Positions 47,301 through 56,547 are shown, counted from the stretch's first letter. The stretch is DNA of 64,000 nucleotides from Candidatus Microgenomatus sp. (GCA_020724555.1 DYGT01000003.1:21415-85414), one strand, 5' to 3'. The notes: generated by a model not told the origin, from the letters alone. Numbers and translations are program-made.

Positions 47301-47675
47301 ATGGCAATTACACGTTGGGACCCTTTCCGCTTACCCAGCCTTTTTGATGAATATTTTGAAAGCGCCAATTCCCGCGGGCTAAAAATAAGAGAAACTGATA
47401 AAGATATTATTGTCGAAGCCGTTGTTGCTGGCGTGCCCGCAAAAGACGTTGAAGTACACATAGAGGACGGCGTTTTAACCATCAAAGCCGAAACTCAAAA
47501 AGAAGATAAAGAAAGCCGAGCTTCATACCAGTATTACTATACTACGGCATTATCCGGCGGAGCTTGGGATAAAGCAGATGCAGACATCGAAAACGGAGTC
47601 GTAACCGTAACCATACCTAAACAAGAATCTGCTCGTCCGCGAAAAATTACGGTTAAGGAAAAAAAGAGTGAATAA
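47301..47675 (+). CDS. small heat-shock protein (Hsp20/alpha-crystallin family)
   Basis: WDPFRL N-terminal motif, alpha-crystallin domain (DIIVEAVVAGVPAKDVEVHIEDGVLTIKAE...ENGVVTVTIPK). AGGAGG RBS 9 nt upstream of ATG 47301. Confidence 0.9.
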   Translation: MAITRWDPFRLPSLFDEYFESANSRGLKIRETDKDIIVEAVVAGVPAKDVEVHIEDGVLTIKAETQKEDKESRASYQYYYTTALSGGAWDKADADIENGVVTVTIPKQESARPRKITVKEKKSE

Positions 47676-47694
47676 TCCTCCCTGCTTCACTTTT

Positions 47695-47727
47695 CCCCTC
47701 CGTTTAAAGCGGAGGGGTTTTTGTTTT
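47695..47727 (+). terminator. rho-independent terminator after the sHSP gene
   Basis: CCCCTCCG-tttaaag-CGGAGGGG 8-bp GC-rich stem followed by TTTTTGTTTT. Confidence 0.75.
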
Positions 47728-47768
47728 GTATAGAAAATTTTAATTTTGTTGTAAAATAAGCTAAATCC

Positions 47769-47840
47769 GACCGGGTAGCCAAGTGGTAAGGCAAGGGTCT
47801 GCAAAACCCTCACTCGTGGGTTCGATTCCCATCCCGGTCT
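47769..47840 (+). tRNA. tRNA-Cys (anticodon GCA), 72 nt, CCA not encoded
   Basis: Manual fold: acceptor GACCGGG/CCCGGTC, D-arm GCC-AAGTGGTAA-GGC, anticodon arm AGGGT-CTGCAAA-ACCCT (U33-GCA-A37), variable loop CACTC, T-arm GTGGG-TTCGATT-CCCAT, discriminator T. Confidence 0.9.
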
Positions 47841-48727
47841 CAAATTATATTTTCTTTAAGATAAGCTTTAAATTCCCGGCTTATATCTTTGTGCTTTAAC
47901 GCGTGGTCAACTATGGTTTTTAAATAACCAAGTTTATCGCCGGTATCATAATACTTTCCTCCCTTGATCTCCGCGGACAAAATTTTTTCGCCTCCGGCAA
48001 GCATCAGCTTTAATACGTCATTATAGTAAAGCTCACCCCCATTTATATTTGTCAAGGCTTGGTCTAAATATTTAAAAATATCAGGAGTAAAGAGAAAACT
48101 ACTTACATTGCCCAAATCACTTGGCGCGTTTTCTTTACCGGGTTTTTCAATAATATTTTTAATCTCAATAACACCGGGCTCAATTTCAATACCTCCCGCA
48201 TACCCATATTTTTCATAATCCGCGTCGACTTGGGCTCTAATCCCGGCCAGCACACTGCACTTATATTTTTCATGCAGAGCTATAAGCTGCTTGAATTCAG
48301 ATGGCTGAGCCTCAATAAAATCGTCACTCCATGTATAAATAAACGGTTCTTCCCCCACAATTTCGCCCACATTCAATAAAGGTGTTCCATTGCCATACGG
48401 ACCCTTTTGCCGCACATAATAAAAATTAGCTAAATTCGCAATCTTTTCAATTTCCTCCAAAAGATGGCGTTTTTTTTCGCCCCCAAGCTTTAAATTTTCA
48501 ATAAGCTCCAGCGAAGGGTTGTCAAAATGGTCTTCGATGGCACGCTTGTGGTAACCGGTAACAATAATAATGTCGGTTATCCCCGCCTCGACCAAATTTT
48601 CCACAACAATTTGGATTACGGGTTTGTCAACAACCGGCAACATCTCTTTGGGCATAGCTTTGGTTTGGGGCAAAAAACGGGTTCCGAAACCGGCGGCTGG
48701 AATTACTGCTTTAGTCACACTTGCCAT
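47840..48727 (-). CDS. galU: UTP--glucose-1-phosphate uridylyltransferase
   Basis: AVIPAAGFGTRFLPQTKAMPKEMLPVVDKPVIQ is the GalU N-terminal signature. 295 aa. Stop codon abuts the tRNA-Cys 3' end. Confidence 0.9.
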   Translation of the reverse strand: MASVTKAVIPAAGFGTRFLPQTKAMPKEMLPVVDKPVIQIVVENLVEAGITDIIIVTGYHKRAIEDHFDNPSLELIENLKLGGEKKRHLLEEIEKIANLANFYYVRQKGPYGNGTPLLNVGEIVGEEPFIYTWSDDFIEAQPSEFKQLIALHEKYKCSVLAGIRAQVDADYEKYGYAGGIEIEPGVIEIKNIIEKPGKENAPSDLGNVSSFLFTPDIFKYLDQALTNINGGELYYNDVLKLMLAGGEKILSAEIKGGKYYDTGDKLGYLKTIVDHALKHKDISREFKAYLKENII

Positions 48728-48738
48728 GGAACTTAATT

Positions 48739-49608
48739 TTACACCAAATAATATTTGCCTGCACTCTCGCGGATTAACCCTTTTAGGCTCAAATTTGTTA
48801 TAGCAATAGACACATTCGAAACGCTATCTTTAAGCTCATAAGCTATCTCGTCTAAACTTAAGGCTTCTTGGCCAAGAATTTGCCACAGCCGCAGTTCATT
48901 TCCGCTTAAATCTGCCGGGGGCGTTTGTTTTTGGGTTTTGGGTCGGGCTGATCCTAAAATATCGAGGCTACAAGTTACCAACTTTGCCTTGCCCTTTTTA
49001 ATCAACTCATTGGTGCCGCCAGACACGCTTGAGGTAATAGCACCAGGTACAGCGTAAACGCGCCTGCCTTCTTTATGCGCCAACCGAGCCGTAACCAAAG
49101 AACCACTTTTATCGGCTGCTTCAATTATTAAAACTCCAATAGTCGAAAGCCCAACCACAATCCGGTTTCTTTGGGGAAATTTCCACAGATGAGGCCTGGC
49201 TTTAGGTTCATATTCAGAAACAACGAGCCCTTTGGTCTTTAAAATATCCTCATATAAACTTATATTTTCCGGGGGGTAAACAACGTCAAGTCCGCAGCCA
49301 AAAACCGCAATGGTTTGCCCGCCAAGTGCTATGGTTTGGGCGTGCACTTCACTATCTACGCCGTACATAAAACCGGATATGGTTACCACCCTTTCCGATA
49401 CTATGTCCGGCAGCAAGCGCGCGATGACAGTCTCGCCATAGTGTGTCATCCTCCGGCTACCGACAATAGCCAGCGTTTTTGAGGTAAGTACATCCGGGTT
49501 GCCGCGTACGTATAGCTTCCTCGGCGGATTTTTAATTTTTTTTAAACGCCCGGGAAAATCTTTATCGCTTAAACTTATTTCCCGGATCGGATAAGCAAAA
49601 ATACTCAT
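48739..49608 (-). CDS. dprA: DNA-processing protein DprA (Smf)
   Basis: Rossmann-like DprA core (LAIVGSRRMTHYG, IVVGLSTIGVLIIEAADKSGSLVTARLA) plus a C-terminal winged-helix-like tail. Confidence 0.9.
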   Translation of the reverse strand: MSIFAYPIREISLSDKDFPGRLKKIKNPPRKLYVRGNPDVLTSKTLAIVGSRRMTHYGETVIARLLPDIVSERVVTISGFMYGVDSEVHAQTIALGGQTIAVFGCGLDVVYPPENISLYEDILKTKGLVVSEYEPKARPHLWKFPQRNRIVVGLSTIGVLIIEAADKSGSLVTARLAHKEGRRVYAVPGAITSSVSGGTNELIKKGKAKLVTCSLDILGSARPKTQKQTPPADLSGNELRLWQILGQEALSLDEIAYELKDSVSNVSIAITNLSLKGLIRESAGKYYLV

Positions 49609-49614
49609 TTATAT

Positions 49615-49995
49615 TTATAATTCCACACTTTCATAATGATCAATCCTTATGACTTCACCGCTACTATCTAAAACAATGGCGACTACATCAATCTGCCACA
49701 AAGGATACTTTGCCGCTATCTCACTGTTTTTTTGTAGATAAGCAAGAGCCGTGTTTTGCACCTGAAGCAGTTTACGGCGGTTTACCATTTCCTCCGGAGT
49801 CCCAAACATCACGCCTATTTTCAGCTTTACCTCAATAAAAACTAACCTATCGCCATTTAGACCAATTAAATCTATTTCCCCAAAACGGGTAGAAAAATTT
49901 TTTTCGATAATACGAAAACCTTTACGCGCAAGGTAAATTGAGGCAATCTCCTCCCCTCTTTGGCCTTTTTGGAAATTAAACTGTTTCACTTTCAA
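49615..49995 (-). CDS. yraN: YraN-family (UPF0102) PD-(D/E)xK endonuclease
   Basis: 126 aa, GEIDLIG...LVFIEVK core. Confidence 0.8.
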   Translation of the reverse strand: MKVKQFNFQKGQRGEEIASIYLARKGFRIIEKNFSTRFGEIDLIGLNGDRLVFIEVKLKIGVMFGTPEEMVNRRKLLQVQNTALAYLQKNSEIAAKYPLWQIDVVAIVLDSSGEVIRIDHYESVEL

Positions 49996-49998
49996 TTT

Positions 49999-51531
49999 TT
50001 AACTAACACCCCTTACTCTATATTGAAGAGCTTCGGCAACGTGGCTAGCTTTTATGTCTTTGGCGCCTTCCAAATCCGCAATGGTTCTTGCTACCTTAAT
50101 TAAACGGAAATAGGTTCTCGCCGAAAGACCATATGTATTAACTGCCTGTTTTAAAAGTAAAAGTGAATCCCCCGTGAGTTCGCAATATTTTTTAATATGC
50201 TTATTTTTCATATCAGCATTGACTATAATTTTATCTTTGGCAAAGCGCGCTTTTTGAATATTTCTGGCGTTAATTACTTCTCCGCGTATTTCCTTTGATG
50301 TTTTAGATTTAAAAGCCGGCATTTTCGCCATAAGCTTATCAGTATCCACCGCCGCAACCGTTAAGTGAAGATCAATCCTATCCATAAGAGGACCCGAAAG
50401 CTTGCTTTGGTAACGCATTATCATCCTGGGGCTACAAGTGCAGGCTCGTTTTTCGTCTCCCAAATATCCGCACGGGCACGGGTTACTCGCGGCAACCAAC
50501 ATAAACTGTGCCGGATAAGTTACCGAGCCGGCGGCACGCGTTATGGATACCCTACCGTCTTCCATGGGCTGCCTTAAGGCTTCAAGCGTACTTCTGGAAA
50601 ACTCGGGAAATTCATCTAAAAACATCACACCCCTATGAGCCAGGGAAATCTCCCCGGGGTGTGGATTACTGCCTCCACCGATTAAGCCTATGCGGCTTGT
50701 TGTGTGGTGGGATACACGAAAAGGACGCTTGGTCATAAGCGATGAACCGGGCGGGATATTGCCGGTCACGGAATAGATTTTTGTCACTTCCAGACTCTCC
50801 TCCTCGGTTAAAGGCGGAAGTATCCCGGCCATGGCCCGGGCAAGCATGGTTTTACCCGCACCCGGCGGACCCTGAAGGTGTACGTTATGGCCACCGGCTG
50901 CCGCGATAGTTAAGGCACGTTTGGCTTGCTCCTGGCCGATTATTTCTGAAAAATCAAACTCGGCTCTAAAAACATCTTTTTTATTTGCTATTTCCACCAA
51001 CTTATGGGGAGAAATTAAATTAACGCCGTTTAAATGCGATATTAAATCATTTAAAGTCTTAACCGGATAGACATTTATCCCCTTTACTACAGCGGCTTCA
51101 TTGGCAGAAACGTAGGGTACAAATAAATTTTTAACTTTTTGCTTTTTGGCGGACAGCGCCAAAAGCAGAACACCTTTGGTATGCCTCAAAGTCCCATCCA
51201 ATGATAATTCTCCATAAAAATATGATTTTTCTTTAGGCATGGGTATGGCCTCCATGCTCCGGAGAATTCCTATAGCGATAGGCAAATCATAGGCACTGCC
51301 TTCTTTGGGAATGTCGGCAGGGGCCAAATTGACGATAATTTTTTTATTTGGGAAATCTACGCCGCTATTGGCAAGAGCAGTTTTAACCCTTTCTTTGGCC
51401 TCTTCCACAGATTTTCCGGCCAAGCCGATAACGGAAAAACCGGGGAAACCTTTCGAAAAGACATTAACCTCGACCTCTATTGGAATTGTCTCCAGGCCAA
51501 AATGTGTAGCAGAGAGAACTTTTGTCAGCAC
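49999..51531 (-). CDS. comM: YifB/ComM-family Mg-chelatase-like AAA+ ATPase
   Basis: 510 aa. N-terminal Lon-like domain, AAA+ Walker A (LQGPPGAGKTMLA) and Walker B (MFLDEFPEF), C-terminal Mg-chelatase subunit ChlI-like domain. Confidence 0.9.
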   Translation of the reverse strand: MLTKVLSATHFGLETIPIEVEVNVFSKGFPGFSVIGLAGKSVEEAKERVKTALANSGVDFPNKKIIVNLAPADIPKEGSAYDLPIAIGILRSMEAIPMPKEKSYFYGELSLDGTLRHTKGVLLLALSAKKQKVKNLFVPYVSANEAAVVKGINVYPVKTLNDLISHLNGVNLISPHKLVEIANKKDVFRAEFDFSEIIGQEQAKRALTIAAAGGHNVHLQGPPGAGKTMLARAMAGILPPLTEEESLEVTKIYSVTGNIPPGSSLMTKRPFRVSHHTTSRIGLIGGGSNPHPGEISLAHRGVMFLDEFPEFSRSTLEALRQPMEDGRVSITRAAGSVTYPAQFMLVAASNPCPCGYLGDEKRACTCSPRMIMRYQSKLSGPLMDRIDLHLTVAAVDTDKLMAKMPAFKSKTSKEIRGEVINARNIQKARFAKDKIIVNADMKNKHIKKYCELTGDSLLLLKQAVNTYGLSARTYFRLIKVARTIADLEGAKDIKASHVAEALQYRVRGVS

Positions 51532-51647
51532 TCTGGTTTTAGTTTATATGAAAGCAAAGGTCTGAAGCAATAAAAACGGCAACTCCTAGTAGTTGGATTG
51601 TGTCAAATATAAGTTAGAATGGATATGACAAAAAGGAGGTGATTAAC

Positions 51648-51965
51648 ATGAGTTTTGACCAATACCATGAACCGGCTGAGGAAATGAAGCCGGAAACGCG
51701 CGATTTTGCCAGAATTATTGCGTCCCTAACTGAAGAAGCAGAAGCCATTTCCTGGTACGAACAAAGAATTGCGGCCTCAAAGGACAAAGAGGTAAAAGCC
51801 ATTATGCGCCACAGCATGGAAGAAGAATTTGAACATTTTGCCATAGCCCTTGAATGGTTAATCAGAAGGCTTCCCAGATGGGGTGAGGTTTTGCAGACCA
51901 TACTTTTTCAAGAAGGCGACATTTTAGAAAACGCCGAGAAAACTGAAAAAATACAAAAAAAATAA
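51648..51965 (+). CDS. encapsulated-ferritin-like (EncFtn/Flp) four-helix-bundle protein, no detectable cargo-loading peptide
   Basis: HEPAEEMKPETRDFARIIASLTEEAEAISWYEQRIAAS...MEEEFEHFAIALEWL. ExxH di-iron motifs and a WY(E/D)QR segment, as recalled for the EncFtn family. AGGAGG RBS 12 nt upstream of ATG 51648. Confidence 0.6.
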   Translation: MSFDQYHEPAEEMKPETRDFARIIASLTEEAEAISWYEQRIAASKDKEVKAIMRHSMEEEFEHFAIALEWLIRRLPRWGEVLQTILFQEGDILENAEKTEKIQKK

Positions 51966-51967
51966 TA

Positions 51968-53614
51968 TCAATCAAACAAATTGGTTTGGGCGTTTTTAAG
52001 CCTTTTAAGCTTTATCCTTTCAAGCTTTTTAAGGGCTTGGGAGTCTTTTGTAACTTTAAAATATTTGTTTATCAGACCATAAAATTGCGAGGCCTGCGTT
52101 TTTTTATTTTTTCGTTTTTTGGCCCGCGTTATCACAAGTTTATTTTTTGCACGCGTTAAAGCAACATACAAAAGCCGCTTTTCCTCTTCAAGCATCGCGC
52201 TATTTTGCGCCTTAGAGCTCGGAATTACTCCCTTTTCAAACCCCAATAGATAAACACAATCAAATTCCAGGCCTTTTGCCGCGTGTATGGTCATAACCGA
52301 AATCGCCTTTGCTTTTGGGTCATAAAAATTATTGGAGGATAAAATGTCCAGATAATTTAAAAACGCACCAATAGAGTTTTCTTGTTTATCATAATGGGCA
52401 ATCACATCAATAAACTCACCAATGTCTTTTAAACCGGCTTTTTGCGAAATATTAATAACCAAATCGCTTAATGGGACATCTTTATTAAAGGTATATTTAT
52501 CTTCTGCAAAAGATACTACTTGGGGGTTTACTTTTTCCCGATCACCGTTTAAAAAACGCAAAACATCAATAATAAAAGCAACTTTTTTATCTAAATATAT
52601 GGATTCTCCCGACACATCCTGATACGGAATATTGTTTTTGGCAAGGGTTTTTTTTATAACATTTGCCAGAAAATGGGTTCTGGCCAAGATTGCAATATTA
52701 GACAAATCCATGTCTTTTTCATCGTTATAAGTACTTGCTTCCAATAAATCAACGCCGCCCAAACTTTTTTTAATGTCGGCGACTATGTATTCTGCTTCAG
52801 AAAATTCATTAGGAGTGTGTAAAAAAATAAGCTCTCCCTTTGTTTTGTTGTGGGTTTTTAACTTAGTTTTTGTCGGAAACAAAGCTTGCGACGTTGCCAC
52901 TATCGGCTCTGCGCTTCTATACGTTTCAGCAAAAACAATTGTTTTGCTCTGATAATCTTTTTTAAACCTGCCAAAAATCATGGGCTCGCTTCCGCGGAAA
53001 GCGTAAATTGCCTGGTTGGGATCGCCTATCACTTGGACGCAAGCATTCCCGCTTATTTTTTGTAAAAATTTATATTGGGCCGGGTTAGTGTCTTGGAATT
53101 CATCAACAAAAATAAAATCATATTTAGGAAACTTGGTAAGATTCATGGCCTCAAGAATAAGATCGTCAAAATCCCAATAACCTTCTTTCTTAAGGAGCTT
53201 GTTATACTCACCACAAAGCTTTTCGGAAATCTCATCAACACTTCCGCCGCCTTTCTGCCGGGAAATCACAAGCGATGCCTCAGAAACTTCAACCTTATAT
53301 TTTTTGGCAAGTGATTTTATCAATACCAGGCGTTTGTAATCATCGATAAGATTTAGTTTTTTGTTTTGGCTCAAAAGTGAAAAACAAAAGCCATGGAAAG
53401 TGTTAATAATAACGTTTTTTTTGTGCCCCACCCTGCTTTCAAGCTCTCCGGCCGCTTTTTTTGTAAAAGTTAAGGCTAAAATATTTTTATTTTTAGTGGC
53501 TTCTTTTTTTATTTTTTCGGAAAGGGCAAGGGTCTTACCCGTTCCCGGACCAGCGATTACCGAAGCGTGAGAATTTGTGTTTAAAAAAGCTACTTGCTTG
53601 CCATTAAGTTTCAT
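51968..53614 (-). CDS. UvrD-family SF1 helicase (very short, 548 aa)
   Basis: Motif I (IAGPGTGKT), II (DEFQDTN), III, V-VI (VALTRAKN). 4-bp overlap with the upstream PHP-domain gene. Confidence 0.85.
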   Translation of the reverse strand: MKLNGKQVAFLNTNSHASVIAGPGTGKTLALSEKIKKEATKNKNILALTFTKKAAGELESRVGHKKNVIINTFHGFCFSLLSQNKKLNLIDDYKRLVLIKSLAKKYKVEVSEASLVISRQKGGGSVDEISEKLCGEYNKLLKKEGYWDFDDLILEAMNLTKFPKYDFIFVDEFQDTNPAQYKFLQKISGNACVQVIGDPNQAIYAFRGSEPMIFGRFKKDYQSKTIVFAETYRSAEPIVATSQALFPTKTKLKTHNKTKGELIFLHTPNEFSEAEYIVADIKKSLGGVDLLEASTYNDEKDMDLSNIAILARTHFLANVIKKTLAKNNIPYQDVSGESIYLDKKVAFIIDVLRFLNGDREKVNPQVVSFAEDKYTFNKDVPLSDLVINISQKAGLKDIGEFIDVIAHYDKQENSIGAFLNYLDILSSNNFYDPKAKAISVMTIHAAKGLEFDCVYLLGFEKGVIPSSKAQNSAMLEEEKRLLYVALTRAKNKLVITRAKKRKNKKTQASQFYGLINKYFKVTKDSQALKKLERIKLKRLKNAQTNLFD

Positions 53615-54897
53615 ATCAGAAGACTGAGCTGATTTTCGGCCGTATTTTTTTGAGAAAAAATTTTTACCACCCCATAAACTCCGTCATATCCCGGTTCAAT
53701 AATCAGGTCGCGTTTTCTTACTTTATCAATAGCTAAAGCCATTTTTGCACCCGAGACTCGTTCAACATCTTTTAAATCAACTTTTCTGATAAGATTAAAT
53801 TCGTCGCCCAAGTGATTTATCATGTTTAGGTACTCTTCCTGGACGCTTTTGCCGTTTACTGACTTAACGCCCAAGACATCTGCAATTATTATTTCCAAAG
53901 GAACAATATATTCCACAACCTTATGTTGGTTAGGCACATAATCAAAGGGCTTATCGGCCAACTCATCCACGCGCTGTTCAACGCCAAGGACTAATTTTTT
54001 CCCACATTTAGGGCAAATAAACTTTAAATCTTTGGCCTTTTTCGCACTCAAAGAAATCCCACATTTTTGGTGGCCACTAAAGTGGTACTTGCCCTCTTCA
54101 GGATAAAACTCAATTGTGCCAACAAAACGATCGTCGTTTGTCCGAATTGCGCCTATAATATCTTTATAATTTAATTCTGCATTTATTAGATTTGCCTCCC
54201 GCCCAAGTTTTCGCGGCGAATGTGCATCTGAATTTGAAACCAAGGTTCGCCCGTCTAAATCCGCTATCCGCCAATTCATAAAAGGATCTGATGACAATCC
54301 GGTTTCCACAGCCACGATCTTATTTGCCAGGTCTCCGAAAGCTTCCTCAACACTGTCAAATCCGCTTTTGCTGCCAAACATGGCAAACCACGGAGTCCAA
54401 ATGTGTGCCGGAAAAAACAAAGTGTCAGGATCAGAATCCAGGCTAATTTTCAAAAGGTCGTAGCTATCAAGCCCCAAAATGGGACGGCCGTCTGACTTTA
54501 GATTGCCGATTACATTTAATTTTTCATTTAGATAAGAAACGGCACTAAAACTTGAGGCAACTATTACGTTATGCAGTCTGCGGGTTTTGTCGTGGCGCTT
54601 ATAAATATTGCTTATCTCAACGGTCAGGATAAAACGCATGATATTGTTTCGCACCGATGCCGGAAGCTCACTGTCTATTTTGTCAGCAATTTGTTTTTTT
54701 AATTTAAAAAGCCCTTCTTCGGCCGGCTCCAGTTTCTCCCGAATCTCACTAAACCAAGCGGGGTGAGTAAAATCACCTGTACCAATGATATTAATGCCTT
54801 TAAGCTTTCCATAGCGATATGCTGATTCCAAATTCATGTCGCGGCTCGTAGCGCGTGAGTAATGGGAATGAAGATGGAGGTCAACGATTAGCTGCAT
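53611..54897 (-). CDS. PHP-domain protein with C4 zinc finger, endonuclease Q (EndoQ/TIGR00375)-like
   Basis: N-terminal DLHLHSHYS PHP motif and further His/Asp metal ligands. FICPKCGKK Zn-finger insert. About 428 aa as in EndoQ-type proteins. Confidence 0.65.
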   Translation of the reverse strand: MQLIVDLHLHSHYSRATSRDMNLESAYRYGKLKGINIIGTGDFTHPAWFSEIREKLEPAEEGLFKLKKQIADKIDSELPASVRNNIMRFILTVEISNIYKRHDKTRRLHNVIVASSFSAVSYLNEKLNVIGNLKSDGRPILGLDSYDLLKISLDSDPDTLFFPAHIWTPWFAMFGSKSGFDSVEEAFGDLANKIVAVETGLSSDPFMNWRIADLDGRTLVSNSDAHSPRKLGREANLINAELNYKDIIGAIRTNDDRFVGTIEFYPEEGKYHFSGHQKCGISLSAKKAKDLKFICPKCGKKLVLGVEQRVDELADKPFDYVPNQHKVVEYIVPLEIIIADVLGVKSVNGKSVQEEYLNMINHLGDEFNLIRKVDLKDVERVSGAKMALAIDKVRKRDLIIEPGYDGVYGVVKIFSQKNTAENQLSLLI

Positions 54898-54988
54898 GCC
54901 TTTAAAGCGTATCTTACACCCAGACTTTATTCAAAGGCAAAGAATCTAAGCACACATTAAACAAAATTTAAAGGAGGAGTGTTGTTAA

Positions 54989-55477
54989 TTAAACACTTTT
55001 GAGCTTGGAGGTACACTCCGGGCAACGGGTTGCGCGGTAAGGGATATTAGATAAACAATAGGGGCATTTTTTACTGCTTGGCTCTTCCGGTTTATCTGTT
55101 TCTTTTTTACCGGAAATCTGGCCGATTTGCCCTTCTAATCTGTTAAAGGCTTTTATCACCAAAAACATAGACAGGGCAACAATTAACAAAGCCAAAACAT
55201 TATTTACAAACAGCCCCCAATTTATGGTTATTGCACCTACAGATTGTGCCTGCTCAGGGCTGCTGTAGGGAGGAGGAACTGACCCTTCTTTTAGGACAAA
55301 CATTAAATTGGAAAAATCGGTTTTTCCCATTAAATACCCAATGGGGGGCATAAGGATATCGTTCACCAAAGACCGGGCAACGGTACTAAAAGCGGCTCCA
55401 ACCGTAAAACCAATGGCAAGATCTACCAGGTTTCCGCGAAGGATAAACTTTTTAAATTCTTTTATCATCGATTTCAT
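54989..55477 (-). CDS. mscL: large-conductance mechanosensitive channel MscL with C-terminal zinc-ribbon extension
   Basis: FKKFILRGNLVDLAIGFTVGAAF (MscL signature), two TM. Extra C-terminal CPYC-x12-CPEC. Confidence 0.85.
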   Translation of the reverse strand: MKSMIKEFKKFILRGNLVDLAIGFTVGAAFSTVARSLVNDILMPPIGYLMGKTDFSNLMFVLKEGSVPPPYSSPEQAQSVGAITINWGLFVNNVLALLIVALSMFLVIKAFNRLEGQIGQISGKKETDKPEEPSSKKCPYCLSNIPYRATRCPECTSKLKSV

Positions 55478-55536
55478 TAAATTGCGTATAGTATACGAAG
55501 GAATACAAATTCTTACAAGGCAAGCTTAAAAACTAA

Positions 55537-55737
55537 TTACTCTTGGGAAGGGGAAGCAGGTTTTTGGGGATTGGTGCCATAGGTTATTCCAATCTCGTCT
55601 TCAAGAGCATCTACGTCTAAGGGTTCCTCTTTTTCTTGTGAAGTTCTTTTGGGTTTTGGCGAAGCTAATTCTTCAATTTCCAATTCACCTGCCTGGGTAT
55701 AAATTTCTTCAACTGTTCTTTCTTTCATATACCGCAT
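55537..55737 (-). CDS. small acidic hypothetical protein
   Basis: 66 aa, E/D-rich, no recognisable domain. Confidence 0.25.
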   Translation of the reverse strand: MRYMKERTVEEIYTQAGELEIEELASPKPKRTSQEKEEPLDVDALEDEIGITYGTNPQKPASPSQE

Positions 55738-55771
55738 TTTATAATTTATATTCTTTCAAACAGTCTCAAAT

Positions 55772-56524
55772 TCAGTGGGCATGAGCGCCAGTGATATTCA
55801 CCAAATACATAAGTATTACTCCTAAAAGAAGTGCTGCAATTTTAAAGGCTGCGTCTTTTTTGTCACCTGCATCTTTGGGCAAAAAATCTCCTGCTGCCAA
55901 ATACAAAAACATTCCGGCGGAAACCGCCAGTAATATACCAATCAAATCCTGATTGTTTTGTCCTAGATAAAACACGTATAAAGCGCCAACTATAGTAAAA
56001 GAAGCCGACAAGGCGTTTATGGCCAAAGTTTGAAGCTTGTTGTAACCACCCGCCAAAAAAACACCAAAATCACCAATTTCATGCGGAGTCTCATGTAAAA
56101 AAGAGGAAATAGAAACCACAAACCCCAACGATGGCTCCAGCAAAAAAGCTGCTGCGATTGACACTCCATCAATAAAATTGTGAATGGTATCGCCCACCAA
56201 GACCAAGGGTATTGTCCCCGAAGTAATTTCCTGCTCGTTTCTGTGCCCATGATGATGTAATTTAGTGAACCCCTCCTCAAAGATAAAAGATGCCAAAAAA
56301 GCTATTAAAACAACGGTAAAGGCGTTCTCATCAAGCAAATGGTAAGACTCGGGCATAAGATTAAGCAAAGATACTGTTAGAAGCACCCCGCTGGCAAAAG
56401 GAATAGAATAGCGGCAAATAAAAGTGCTCAATTTATCAGGTAAAAAGTACACTAACCCTCCGATAAGCCCCGCCACACTGCCCAGCAGCGAAAGACCAAT
56501 TAAATACAATAATGAATTTTGCAT
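55772..56524 (-). CDS. ZIP-family divalent metal transporter (ZupT-like)
   Basis: 8 TM. His-rich loop HHHGHRNEQE. HNFIDGVSIAAAF and HETPHEIGDF metal-binding TM motifs. Confidence 0.85.
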   Translation of the reverse strand: MQNSLLYLIGLSLLGSVAGLIGGLVYFLPDKLSTFICRYSIPFASGVLLTVSLLNLMPESYHLLDENAFTVVLIAFLASFIFEEGFTKLHHHGHRNEQEITSGTIPLVLVGDTIHNFIDGVSIAAAFLLEPSLGFVVSISSFLHETPHEIGDFGVFLAGGYNKLQTLAINALSASFTIVGALYVFYLGQNNQDLIGILLAVSAGMFLYLAAGDFLPKDAGDKKDAAFKIAALLLGVILMYLVNITGAHAH

Positions 56525-56547
56525 ATTATTATTTATATTACCCTGCT

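Noticed and set aside
47838-47845. Encoded CCA end for tRNA-Cys
   Set aside because: The sequence after the discriminator is CAAATT, so CCA must be added post-transcriptionally.
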